Below, piece after piece: positions 10,334 through 19,975 of a stretch of 64,000 nt of DNA. Location of the stretch: positions 124,001 through 188,000 of IMG/VR virus record IMGVR_UViG_3300047548_001236; one strand, 5' to 3'. Made by a program: the position numbers and the translations under genes. The notes beneath the pieces are model-generated. The model did no database searches and was not told the DNA's origin. It saw nothing but the letters and a program-made list of their open reading frames with translations. Position 1 is the stretch's first letter; each line of letters opens with the position of its first letter.

Positions 10334-13300
10334 ATGCCAAAACAGATAAAGTTAGGATTCGACAAGGGAGCGACCAGATCCATTGAAACAGATCAGGTTC
10401 TCGTGGATATTCGCGGGAACCTGCTAAGAGACGATGCTGGTAATTTCCTGTACACGAAGACCAATGTTCAGCTTCCTGGATTCTTGTATGCTAGGAAAGC
10501 CACGTCGATCGTTGTCAACAACAAGGGTGGCGTGACAGTTTCTCCTGGCGGTTCAATCTCTGTTGAAGAACAGTTCCCAGAGATTTCGCAGGTGTCCACA
10601 TCGCTACTTGGTATTCCTCGTAAAAACGTGCAGCAGTCTCTTCTTGCTGATGTTTCTGTATACGGCATCGACACTAATACATGGGAATTCTATCGCAATC
10701 CCGTTCCATACAATCCACCGGAATGGACAACCAGATTCAATAGTGTATATGGAAACAGGTATTACCCTAGGATAGCCGAAAAACCCGATCAACAAGCTCT
10801 TGCAATTGAAGCTTTTCCGGTTCCTTGGACCTTCCCCTTTGGACCTTTGTTTGGTGATCAAGGAAACAGATATAACCCAACTATCTTCCCCTTCTACGTT
10901 AACTTTATCCAGATGGGTAACGACCTTTACCAATATTACATGGGGTTGGGTCTCACTGACTTCGCGCAGCGGTATTTCCTTCCACGAGCGATTGACGGCG
11001 GTGCAAACGTCCTTGTAGGTCCACCCGACGATGTCGAATATAACGAATCTTTCGAAGTCTCAATGGCAAATATCGAAAGATGGACGCTAACGTGGATGGA
11101 TATCAGAGATGGGAAGCTTCGGGATCCTCGCAACATCGACGAAGGTCTACGTGTTCTTACATTCTCGCGTATACAGGCTAACCTAGGTGTCAACTATGAT
11201 CAGTCGAATACAAGACCAGGAATCCAGTCCTCAGTCTACACATACGCACAACTACAAAGTAGAGAGGCGTTTAGATATCAACCTGGTGCGATAAGTGGAT
11301 TTACGTTTGGTGTCAAGATCCAGTTTGATGAAACAAGTTTGAACAACAAGATTGAATGGGGCTGTGCTAACGACACAGACCAATATATGTTCCAGGTTGC
11401 TGGTTCACAGTTTAACATTGTCAGAAGAAGTACTGTACCGTTTACTGCAGAGGCCCAGGTTGAAAACAACATACCCGTTTCTCCTCAGACGCCAACACTG
11501 TCGCCTAATCCTTTTGAACGTCCTGGATCGGAACAACTTGGTGGACCATCTAATCCTGTAAACCAACTACCTCGTTATGAAACAGTGATTCGACAAGATC
11601 AGTTCAACGGCGATAGTCTCGACGGATCAGGTCCATCGGGATACACTATATCGTTTGAAGAAGTGACAATGTACAAGATTGAGTACTCCTGGTATGGGGC
11701 CATTGGTGCTAAATTCTATGCATACATTCCTGTTGGACACGGTGAATGCCGTTGGGTGCTATTGCATACGTTGATCATTGAAAACACGCTGCCTTATCCA
11801 TCGCTTAGAAATCCGTATATGCATTTCCGTTACACGATGGTAATACAAGACACAAGTGGTCTTCGAGCTCCGATATACATCTACAAATATGGTGCATCGT
11901 ATTACATCGACGGTGCAGATGAGGGTTCATATGTGTACAACACATTCGGCGTTGAATCCAAACCTGTTTCATCTACCCAAAGCGTTCCTATCATTGGCTT
12001 CCAAACAAAAGACGCAATTTTGAACAGCGAGGGTGTTGCAACTCCAAACCAGAAAAACGTATACGTAGAAAAAATCACAGCATCATCTAACAGAAACGTT
12101 AGAGTGGACTTCGTCGAGTGTGAGGGATGTCAAGGTGGTTTTGGACATTTTTACAGTACGAGCCTGGTGAACGGTAGTTCAGCTCAACCTGCTGAATTCC
12201 GTCTGAGGGATGGTTCGACGATTGAATATGCCAACAACGAGATTATGTTCACAGAAGCAGATGTCGGGAAGAAGGTAATAGCACCGGGTATTTTTAGCAC
12301 CTATATATTCCCTAACGATCCTGAGGATATGTCTAAAGCTGCTATTAAGAGACGTGTAGGCGTTTCAACTGACAATAACGAACCGATTACACAAAATTAT
12401 GCAGTAACAGCAACAGCAATTGTTAACGGTCAGACAATTGGTCTATACAACACTTCCGAAGACGGTTTAGTGTTCACAGGTAAGTTGTATGGGTTCGATG
12501 ACGTCGCAGCTTGCGTAACTCCTTTCACAAAAGCAAACATCGATTTCCGATTCCTGAATCCCGTATCAAGAGAAACGACTTCGCACTTCCGTGAATTTCG
12601 TATTGGCGTGACTTCTAAACAGCCTTCGCTTGATGTAGAAGGTAACCTCGTCTTCGATGATGCGCCTCTTGATCAATCGTCTGAATTGTTCCTCGAATTT
12701 TCACAACTCCAAGCGTCGAAAAACCCTGCTGGAGCGGAAATTGGAGAGCACGAAACACGTGTTGGTTATGTTATGGAAGATGATTACCGTCTTCCACGAC
12801 CAAAAGGAGCAAACTCAGGCGAGTGCTCAACTGTATCAATTACTGTATCAAACAATGAAGTTCCTGCTTCATACAGTGCTATCAATCCTTCAAACGGAGC
12901 GCCTGGTAATTTCATCATATTTACACAAGGCGACCCAGGTATATCTGTTCTGGGAGGAGAGATTGGTGTGCTTGATGTAAATGGCAACATTTACTCTGCA
13001 GCAAAGTACAACAACGTGAATGTAGTGTTTACCTCCAACCCTATAACATACTCAGACCCCGAGGGCGTTGTCACTGTATATGCAGAAATTTCCGATCCAA
13101 TCACAAGCATACCACAGTCGAAGATATCGTTTAAAATTGTCAGTATGAAAGCACGACACGTTCAAAAGAGCGTCGTGCGTGAGTTTGACGTGTTCCCATT
13201 GTACGTATTCGTATCAATGCACGATAATGCTCGTATCAACAACATTGTGATAAAAGAGTATGACGTCAACAGTTCCTTATCATACTCACCCACGTGGTTG

Positions 13301-13714
13301 ATTGGTGCTGAGTCCAACATCACCATGCAAGAGATTGGAAATGCAAATCCACCGTCAAGTATCACAGATGTAGTTGGCACAAACGAATACCTTGGTACCG
13401 ATGGTCTGTTTTATATGGGTGGTCAGAGCACAGCTGGAAATCCTCCTGCAAACTTTGCTGAAAAATTCTACCTAAACGCTGCAGTCGCTGACCCTCAACT
13501 ATCTCAACCGCTGAGACCAGGATCCATCAAATACACTTTCTTTGTTGGTGCAAACGAAACTGTTGATGTCAATACTAACCACGTGTTTGGAATCGATAGA
13601 TATAAGATCACCAAAGGTGCGCTTAATAATCGTAGTGTGTACATAAATAGTAGAGTACTGGATGCGCAACAGACAGGAACATTAAGTGTGAATGTTCTCA
13701 CTAAGGAGCAGTAA
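10334..13714 (+). CDS. Large virion structural protein, paralogue B
   Basis: 1126 aa. Shares SLLGIPR, FRYQPG, KIEYSWYGAIGA and YGASYYIDG motifs with the preceding ORF. Confidence 0.6.
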   Translation: MPKQIKLGFDKGATRSIETDQVLVDIRGNLLRDDAGNFLYTKTNVQLPGFLYARKATSIVVNNKGGVTVSPGGSISVEEQFPEISQVSTSLLGIPRKNVQQSLLADVSVYGIDTNTWEFYRNPVPYNPPEWTTRFNSVYGNRYYPRIAEKPDQQALAIEAFPVPWTFPFGPLFGDQGNRYNPTIFPFYVNFIQMGNDLYQYYMGLGLTDFAQRYFLPRAIDGGANVLVGPPDDVEYNESFEVSMANIERWTLTWMDIRDGKLRDPRNIDEGLRVLTFSRIQANLGVNYDQSNTRPGIQSSVYTYAQLQSREAFRYQPGAISGFTFGVKIQFDETSLNNKIEWGCANDTDQYMFQVAGSQFNIVRRSTVPFTAEAQVENNIPVSPQTPTLSPNPFERPGSEQLGGPSNPVNQLPRYETVIRQDQFNGDSLDGSGPSGYTISFEEVTMYKIEYSWYGAIGAKFYAYIPVGHGECRWVLLHTLIIENTLPYPSLRNPYMHFRYTMVIQDTSGLRAPIYIYKYGASYYIDGADEGSYVYNTFGVESKPVSSTQSVPIIGFQTKDAILNSEGVATPNQKNVYVEKITASSNRNVRVDFVECEGCQGGFGHFYSTSLVNGSSAQPAEFRLRDGSTIEYANNEIMFTEADVGKKVIAPGIFSTYIFPNDPEDMSKAAIKRRVGVSTDNNEPITQNYAVTATAIVNGQTIGLYNTSEDGLVFTGKLYGFDDVAACVTPFTKANIDFRFLNPVSRETTSHFREFRIGVTSKQPSLDVEGNLVFDDAPLDQSSELFLEFSQLQASKNPAGAEIGEHETRVGYVMEDDYRLPRPKGANSGECSTVSITVSNNEVPASYSAINPSNGAPGNFIIFTQGDPGISVLGGEIGVLDVNGNIYSAAKYNNVNVVFTSNPITYSDPEGVVTVYAEISDPITSIPQSKISFKIVSMKARHVQKSVVREFDVFPLYVFVSMHDNARINNIVIKEYDVNSSLSYSPTWLIGAESNITMQEIGNANPPSSITDVVGTNEYLGTDGLFYMGGQSTAGNPPANFAEKFYLNAAVADPQLSQPLRPGSIKYTFFVGANETVDVNTNHVFGIDRYKITKGALNNRSVYINSRVLDAQQTGTLSVNVLTKEQ

Positions 13715-16059
13715 TGGTTACCCCTATACAAGGCCTCAGGGTCACCCTAAGAGCTGCAGATATAGCCGATTCTGTCGAAGCTCTCAAGAACCTCAACATC
13801 AATATTCTCGACCTGGATAGGATCCGTGGAATTGCGGAGGCAGGTGTTCTACCCGAAGATATACGTACGATCAGTGGTCTGACAAGCGACCTTGAAAAAG
13901 AACTGATAGGTATATACGATGAAATTCGGAATTATCCGAACTTTCTCTCTGCCGTCAACGACGGCCGTGTTGCTATTAATGGTAACATGACCGCTAACGC
14001 TTCTGTGATCGCTTCGTCGTTCAAGTTTAACGCTCTTGCTGCTAATAACACTGTTGTCAGCTCAGAACTTTCAACGTCGAGAGTTTCAGCTTGGTCAACG
14101 ATTGGTGATTCTCTCTACTATGGGTCAAAAGTTACTGTTGGAGGTAGCGTCGAGCTTTCCAAGTTGACTATCGACCGTCCTATTAGACAGAGACGCTTTG
14201 AATCAGAAATACCAACACACAAAATCCGTATGCGTATTGACGGTTCAGATTATGACGTATACGCGATGAAGAACATACCTGCATCCTTTACGGGTTATTT
14301 TTCAACAGCTCGCAACTTGTTCATGACGGTGACGAATGCAGGGACGACGACGTGGATACGTCCATCGTGGGTCGTTACAGACCTCGATACAGGCGGTTCC
14401 ATCACATTCCAAAATAGAATTTCGGGAGCGGCAACTAACCCAACGAGAAGTTCCTTTGTTACGATCCTTGGGTCAAGAGCTAAGGAGAGAAGGATTGATT
14501 TCTACTATCCGGTTGCGAATATAACGGCAATGTCTTTGCCTAACATCAAACTGTACGATATACCTGAGGTTGTATTTCCATCGCTAACGACAGCAACGCT
14601 GTTCAATTCCGATTTCAAGGAAATGCCAAACTTCAGAAAATACATGCCAAATCTGACGACGCTTGATGTCTCGTCAACTAACTTGATGAGGTCGGACAAT
14701 CCTGATTTGAGACTGTTTAACGACTCAGTTGTTGCAAGACTCCCTACTACTCTAACAAGACTGACGATGACTAACTGCTTTGCAGGTGTTTCGTCAGCAA
14801 ACCTTGCTGTGTTGGATGATCTTACATACTTTGTTGCATCAGGAAGCACGGTAACAAATCGTAGGATGACAGGCGTATCTCCTGCTGTTAACCCCGCAAA
14901 AATTGACACGTATATAATTAACGCCAATCTGTTTGACAGTATTCATCCATCTGTAAGAGAATCTGACACACTTCGAATATTGAACATATCATACAATAGT
15001 CTTCCTGCAACAGCAAATACGGAACTGTCACCAACTAACCAAGTAATAGAAGAGATCTATAACAACGCTAACAGGAGTCCGTTTATAAACGTAAACGGAA
15101 AGACCTCTTTGAAAGTCTACCACAGAGTAGATTCACCAGCTACTGGAATCATCACAACGCTGTTTACTGGTTGTACTAACCTTACCGACATTCGTGTAAA
15201 TGCTACAAGCATTACAGGAGCCTTACCGTCTTTTGATACGAACAGATCACTTGCAATATTTAACGCTGCATCAACCAGAATACAGCCCGCAGATAGCACA
15301 TATGCTATCAACAATGCAACCTTTGGCGCAATCAACGGTGGTTGCAGAAGCACTCTTCGCGAGTTTACTCTATCGTCTCCTTTACTTACAGGTCAGATTG
15401 AGACAAATGCAATGGATGGGTTGACTGCTTTGGTCACTGTTGTGATAAACTCAACATCGAATGGCATTTCAGGTCCCATTCCTGAGTTTAGACAATCTCC
15501 TGCATTGAGGTCTGTTAATTTGAGGTTGAACAACTTCACGGGATCGCTTCATCAATTCAACGCCAATCCAAACCTCTTGACAATGAACATCAGCGCTAAC
15601 AAGTTGTCAGGAGCGGTTCCTGGACTAAGACTTCCGTCATTGGTTTCGTTGATATTAAACAACAATCAGTTTACCTCTGTTGGTGTTCTCCAATGCCAGT
15701 CTCTGCGTGATTTGGATCTATCCGTCAACTCGATAACGACTATTCCCGATTTCAGTGGTTGTCAGGCTCTTCAAGCTATTATTATGAACTCTAACCCAAT
15801 GACGGGTACAACTCCGTATACTGCGGGCACTTTTGTTAATCTTACAGCGTTAAGAAACCTAAACCTATCAAATTGTGGTTTAAATAGAGCAGCTGTTGAT
15901 CAGATTCTCATCGACCTCGGAAAAAACTACGATTTAAGCCCAAGATCGAGGGTAGAAATAAATCTCGTAGGTAACGCGTCACCTTCACCAGGCGATGAAA
16001 TCCAAACCTTTGTTATTGCACGACTGCGTAGTGCAGGATGGACCATAAGGGTATCGTAA
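13714..16059 (+). CDS. Leucine-rich-repeat protein in the structural gene block
   Basis: Many LxxLxLxxNxL repeats, e.g. LTTLDVSSTNL, LRSVNLRLNNFTGSL, LLTMNISANKLSGAVP, LRDLDLSVNSITTIP, LRNLNLSNCGL. Confidence 0.85.
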   Translation: MVTPIQGLRVTLRAADIADSVEALKNLNINILDLDRIRGIAEAGVLPEDIRTISGLTSDLEKELIGIYDEIRNYPNFLSAVNDGRVAINGNMTANASVIASSFKFNALAANNTVVSSELSTSRVSAWSTIGDSLYYGSKVTVGGSVELSKLTIDRPIRQRRFESEIPTHKIRMRIDGSDYDVYAMKNIPASFTGYFSTARNLFMTVTNAGTTTWIRPSWVVTDLDTGGSITFQNRISGAATNPTRSSFVTILGSRAKERRIDFYYPVANITAMSLPNIKLYDIPEVVFPSLTTATLFNSDFKEMPNFRKYMPNLTTLDVSSTNLMRSDNPDLRLFNDSVVARLPTTLTRLTMTNCFAGVSSANLAVLDDLTYFVASGSTVTNRRMTGVSPAVNPAKIDTYIINANLFDSIHPSVRESDTLRILNISYNSLPATANTELSPTNQVIEEIYNNANRSPFINVNGKTSLKVYHRVDSPATGIITTLFTGCTNLTDIRVNATSITGALPSFDTNRSLAIFNAASTRIQPADSTYAINNATFGAINGGCRSTLREFTLSSPLLTGQIETNAMDGLTALVTVVINSTSNGISGPIPEFRQSPALRSVNLRLNNFTGSLHQFNANPNLLTMNISANKLSGAVPGLRLPSLVSLILNNNQFTSVGVLQCQSLRDLDLSVNSITTIPDFSGCQALQAIIMNSNPMTGTTPYTAGTFVNLTALRNLNLSNCGLNRAAVDQILIDLGKNYDLSPRSRVEINLVGNASPSPGDEIQTFVIARLRSAGWTIRVS

Positions 16060-16060
16060 A

Positions 16061-17059
16061 ATGGCTTCACAGTTTCAAGGATTCAATATTGTTCTCAACC
16101 TATCTGAATCAGATCAACCTGATTCAGATAGGAATATCATCAACAACCTTGGTGGTGGAACTATCGCAGATGATTTACTGACGCTTTACAACAACCTTCG
16201 CAACTTCTCGGTAATAACCGTAGAGTCGACAGACATTTCTGGCAGTCAGATAACAAAAGAAGATGCGCAGTTTGTATACACAAATGGCACGAAGGTGACA
16301 GTTGGTAGCACTGTTTACTACGTAAAAGACTCAGACGGCAAAACACATTTTAAACTGTCGACGTTACCCAACCTTTCAACAACGGTCGCAAGTCCTCCAA
16401 CAGGTGATTACATTCGTTCTGATGCAATTGCACTAGAAAACTTCGACAATCTCGTTGTTCAACGACCACGAACGATCGAAGACTTCTCAAGATCGAGGTT
16501 GTATGATAACTACTCAAGTCTGTCTAACGACGAATTGTATCAGCTTTCCACATCACTAGTAGCCATGGTTGCTGCTGCTGACGTCGGCGATTTTCCTTCC
16601 AGAACCTCAGGATATCTTACAAGCGTCAATACGCTAGTCGACAATTACGAACTCGTATCAGATAAAGCAATTGTTAGAAATGAAGATTTCTTCATTTCGA
16701 CTCCTATCACGTTGAATGGTTCGCTGGAAGTTGTCGATACTGCAAATACAAACGCGACGATCCTACCCCCATCAAGCAATCCAGGTTTGTTCATCCTCAA
16801 TCCTAAAACGGGCGCGTTCGCCAGAGCGTTTTCTTCGAGTGAGAATGTATGGGAACAGGTAGGATCTGATCTCGTCGTCGATTCGCCAAATATTATTATG
16901 GGCGATCTATCGTTCACGGGTCCAAATGGTATAAACCTAATCTCGAAAGACTCGGCAATTCTTGTAGAGCCTGTAGTCCCCTCAGCAAACCTAGCCTTCA
17001 CACACACCGTTGATGTGTCCATCAACGGTGAGACATATTCATTGTGTCTATTTACGTGA
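16061..17059 (+). CDS. Hypothetical structural protein
   Basis: 332 aa, coupled to the LRR gene. N-terminal NLSE...INNL anchor-like motif. Confidence 0.6.
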   Translation: MASQFQGFNIVLNLSESDQPDSDRNIINNLGGGTIADDLLTLYNNLRNFSVITVESTDISGSQITKEDAQFVYTNGTKVTVGSTVYYVKDSDGKTHFKLSTLPNLSTTVASPPTGDYIRSDAIALENFDNLVVQRPRTIEDFSRSRLYDNYSSLSNDELYQLSTSLVAMVAAADVGDFPSRTSGYLTSVNTLVDNYELVSDKAIVRNEDFFISTPITLNGSLEVVDTANTNATILPPSSNPGLFILNPKTGAFARAFSSSENVWEQVGSDLVVDSPNIIMGDLSFTGPNGINLISKDSAILVEPVVPSANLAFTHTVDVSINGETYSLCLFT

Positions 17060-19241
17060 TCGCTCTTGCTTTGATCTTGTAGGTGCCATTAATAATCACG
17101 TATGAGTTAAACACGTCTGATGTGTTGGCTGTGGTAACAACGGTTGTATTCGAGCTCAAAGTCAGTACACTCACGTCGAGGTTTGCACTCGGCACACCTT
17201 TTATAGAACGACCTCCTGTGTCAAGACCATAATCCTTTCCGATAAAAGGCGGAGATAGGTCTAGAGGAATGACACACTGTTGCTTATCACCAGTAGATGA
17301 ACCAGGAGCAAAGGTGATCGTAGCACCTGGCTCAATAGTCGTTGATAGTTGGACGTTTATGGTGACCTGATTTCCGGATATGTTCGTGATTTCAGCTTCT
17401 GACACGGGTTCGATGCTTCCACTATATTGGACGCGCATTCCATTGGTCAAACCCACTGTCGAGTTCAATGTCAATGTTGTCGATCCTGCAGCAGCTTGTG
17501 CTGTGAGCAATCTTCCTACAACACCTTGACAGAATAGCAATTTGCTCGAATCGACTAATCCTGAATCGGAATATACAAACAGATAGTTGTTGGACGAAAG
17601 ACCAACAGATCCATCAACGAAGAAGGTTGTAGTGTTTGCAACGCCTGTTATTCTTCTGTATGTCGGTCCTGTGAAGTTTGTGATACACACCATTCCCGTC
17701 TTCAACTTCGATGTGTTATTTACAACAATCATTGTGTTTGATGTTGAGGTGACAAAATAATCAACCAGCCCGTTATGATCGACTACTTTGATAGAAACGT
17801 TAGCGGAGCTGTTGAGAGGAGCTGTCAACACGCGAGTGTTTGAAAACACATTGTCGCTAGGTATTCGTTTGATTCTCGTGTTTTTTGGAATCACATTAAA
17901 CGACGGAGTCGAGTGAATAATAATGTTACCTATAGAGGTCTGAGCCATCAACGTTGGTGATGTGGCAGTTATGAAAGATCTTCCTTGAAGGATTGAAACC
18001 GTTGTGGCTGTGTTGCTACCAAATTTGTTAATTGCTGAGAACGTTGATGGAGGAGTGTATGTACTTCTCAATACACCATTCGTTTGAAAAGTTCTGTACG
18101 ACCCTCGGTCTCCATACACTGGCTGATAGCTGGTGACAGCTTTATCAAGCAGCGCTGTAATCTCATATGGGCCTGTTGTATAGCTTTCCGTCGTTGAGAA
18201 TTGAGAGAACAACACATATTGATCTGCTCTAGTCAGCAACATATATCTATCCTCAGGATCTCCGACACTGTCGGGATACCACCAGGCTATTCTCATCTTG
18301 AGACGTTCGCCAATGTCAAAAGTCGATTCGAGGTCGAATGTATCGGTTATCGTATCACTTCCAACGTTAAACTCAAAGGTTAAGGGTTGATCTTTAACAG
18401 CTGTGATCGGGGCAGATAGGGTTAATGCTTCACGAGTCACACTTATGATTGTGATCTCGTTGTTCGTTGTCAACTTGTCGCCGATTGCTACATACTTGTA
18501 TTCGTTTCCAGCAATTTCTACAGTTGCACTTGTGTTATTGTTAGCGGCAACGATTATAGTTCTTTCTGGTGTATATATCGATTTGTACGATTCCCAGCTT
18601 CCTGTATTGAATCTATCAACCTCAACGTGGAACATCCCTGTCGTTACAAACCTCATCTGGTTTGATGAGGTCGAGTAGTCTGGAATGTAGAACCCTTCCC
18701 ACACTATACCACCCTTCCCATCGACGAACGTCGGATGAAAGTTGTTGTTGAGGTAGAATTCACCTATCGCCCAAAAATCTGTTCGCTCTTGAAATGCTGC
18801 TTTATTGGTGGAAAAATTAGGAATGAGACTGTCTATCAAATCGCCTTTAGATGGGGTTGCATCAAAAGATGCAACCGGAATAGCCCAGGCATTTGGACCA
18901 TAACCAGAACCCTGCTTACCTGCATTACCCGTAATGGCACGATACGTGTTGACTCGGTCTTGTAGCCTTACAAACGGTCTGACGAAATCCTCCTGTGGAC
19001 CCAAAGTGTTAGCAAACGAGAAAGTAGGAGCTGCAGAAGCAAACTCCACGAGAGTTGAAGGGAATACTTCCGTATTACGAATCCCTCTAATAGCGTCCAA
19101 GTCTGCAGATATGAACGACTCGCTCGGTCTGATTTGCAGATCGTTCAAAAGGTTTGTCAACGCCTGATCAGGGTCAGCAACGTCCGAAAAGTTGTTCAGT
19201 CTTCGGATACCGTAGCTTCTATATTTTCTGGAAATGGTCAT
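17052..19241 (-). CDS. Structural-type protein on the opposite strand (true start MTISRKYRSY, 729 aa)
   Basis: GAGAG RBS precedes the ATG at 19241, and a minus-strand TATAAATA lies at 19276-19283. The N-terminus resembles that of the LRR protein. The ORF-track extension to 19559 overlaps the next plus-strand gene. Confidence 0.75.
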   Translation of the reverse strand: MTISRKYRSYGIRRLNNFSDVADPDQALTNLLNDLQIRPSESFISADLDAIRGIRNTEVFPSTLVEFASAAPTFSFANTLGPQEDFVRPFVRLQDRVNTYRAITGNAGKQGSGYGPNAWAIPVASFDATPSKGDLIDSLIPNFSTNKAAFQERTDFWAIGEFYLNNNFHPTFVDGKGGIVWEGFYIPDYSTSSNQMRFVTTGMFHVEVDRFNTGSWESYKSIYTPERTIIVAANNNTSATVEIAGNEYKYVAIGDKLTTNNEITIISVTREALTLSAPITAVKDQPLTFEFNVGSDTITDTFDLESTFDIGERLKMRIAWWYPDSVGDPEDRYMLLTRADQYVLFSQFSTTESYTTGPYEITALLDKAVTSYQPVYGDRGSYRTFQTNGVLRSTYTPPSTFSAINKFGSNTATTVSILQGRSFITATSPTLMAQTSIGNIIIHSTPSFNVIPKNTRIKRIPSDNVFSNTRVLTAPLNSSANVSIKVVDHNGLVDYFVTSTSNTMIVVNNTSKLKTGMVCITNFTGPTYRRITGVANTTTFFVDGSVGLSSNNYLFVYSDSGLVDSSKLLFCQGVVGRLLTAQAAAGSTTLTLNSTVGLTNGMRVQYSGSIEPVSEAEITNISGNQVTINVQLSTTIEPGATITFAPGSSTGDKQQCVIPLDLSPPFIGKDYGLDTGGRSIKGVPSANLDVSVLTLSSNTTVVTTANTSDVFNSYVIINGTYKIKARAIT

Positions 19242-19273
19242 ATGTCTCTCATCCAATGGAATGTAATGCTGAC

Positions 19274-19289
19274 GGTATTTATAAATACC
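19274..19289. promoter_or_regulatory. Palindromic back-to-back T4-type late promoters (GGTATTTATAAATACC)
   Basis: Perfect 16-bp palindrome between divergent genes. It contains TATAAATA on + (19280-19287) and on - (19283-19276). Confidence 0.75.
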
Positions 19290-19402
19290 ACAGAAGAATT
19301 CTATCATATTTTGTGAGAGGTATCTCATCATACATCCAGTTATGGTGACGGACAACGGAAATCTCAACGCATGATAAATAACAATAAACAAGAAGAGTGG
19401 AC

Positions 19403-19747
19403 ATGACAGCAAGAGCCAACCTCTACATAGATCAAGGAACAGACTTTTCCGTCGACTTGGATATCTTCTCAGACGACGGTGAAGACTTGCCAATCTCGAA
19501 TTACACGTTTCAGGGAGATGTGAAGAAGGTATTCTCCACATCTGGACCTGTATTTTCATTCGATGTTGTATACGTTCCTAACTCGGTAAACAAAGTCGAA
19601 ATCTCACTAGGGGCTAATACATCCGCCGACATCGATCCTGGTAAGTACCAGTATGACATTGTCATGACGTCTCCATCCAACGTCAGGACAAAGATACTAG
19701 AGGGGCTTGTGTTTATCGTAGCCACGATGACAGATACAGGTGCGTAA
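19403..19747 (+). CDS. Small structural protein (BppU N-terminal-like, MTARANLYIDQGTDF)
   Basis: ANLxIDQGxDF...GKYQYDIV...ILEG pattern common in T4-like fibre clusters. GATAAATA at 19373-19380 and an RBS lie upstream. Confidence 0.6.
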   Translation: MTARANLYIDQGTDFSVDLDIFSDDGEDLPISNYTFQGDVKKVFSTSGPVFSFDVVYVPNSVNKVEISLGANTSADIDPGKYQYDIVMTSPSNVRTKILEGLVFIVATMTDTGA

Positions 19748-19975
19748 ATGAAAGTTGTCGTTAATCCCAAGAACAACTTGACGGCTACTGTACAGGGTAA
19801 GAATTCTGTACTCGTCAACCAGTCGGGTCAGGTGATCCGTAGGTTGAGCGATTTGGCTGACGTTGATTTGACGGGTCTAGAAGATGGTTCTCTGTTGATA
19901 TATAGCACAACATCAGAAAAATTTGAAGCATCAAGATTACTAGAAAAACAAAACATTAACGGAGGACATTTCTGA
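19748..19975 (+). CDS. Small structural protein
   Basis: RLSDLADVD...DGSLLIY...INGGHF, a fibre-associated motif. Tightly coupled to neighbours. Confidence 0.6.
   Translation: MKVVVNPKNNLTATVQGKNSVLVNQSGQVIRRLSDLADVDLTGLEDGSLLIYSTTSEKFEASRLLEKQNINGGHF

Noticed and set aside
19242-19559. N-terminal extension of the 835-aa minus-strand ORF
   Set aside because: It spans the promoter palindrome and overlaps a real plus-strand gene. RBS and homology support a start at 19241.
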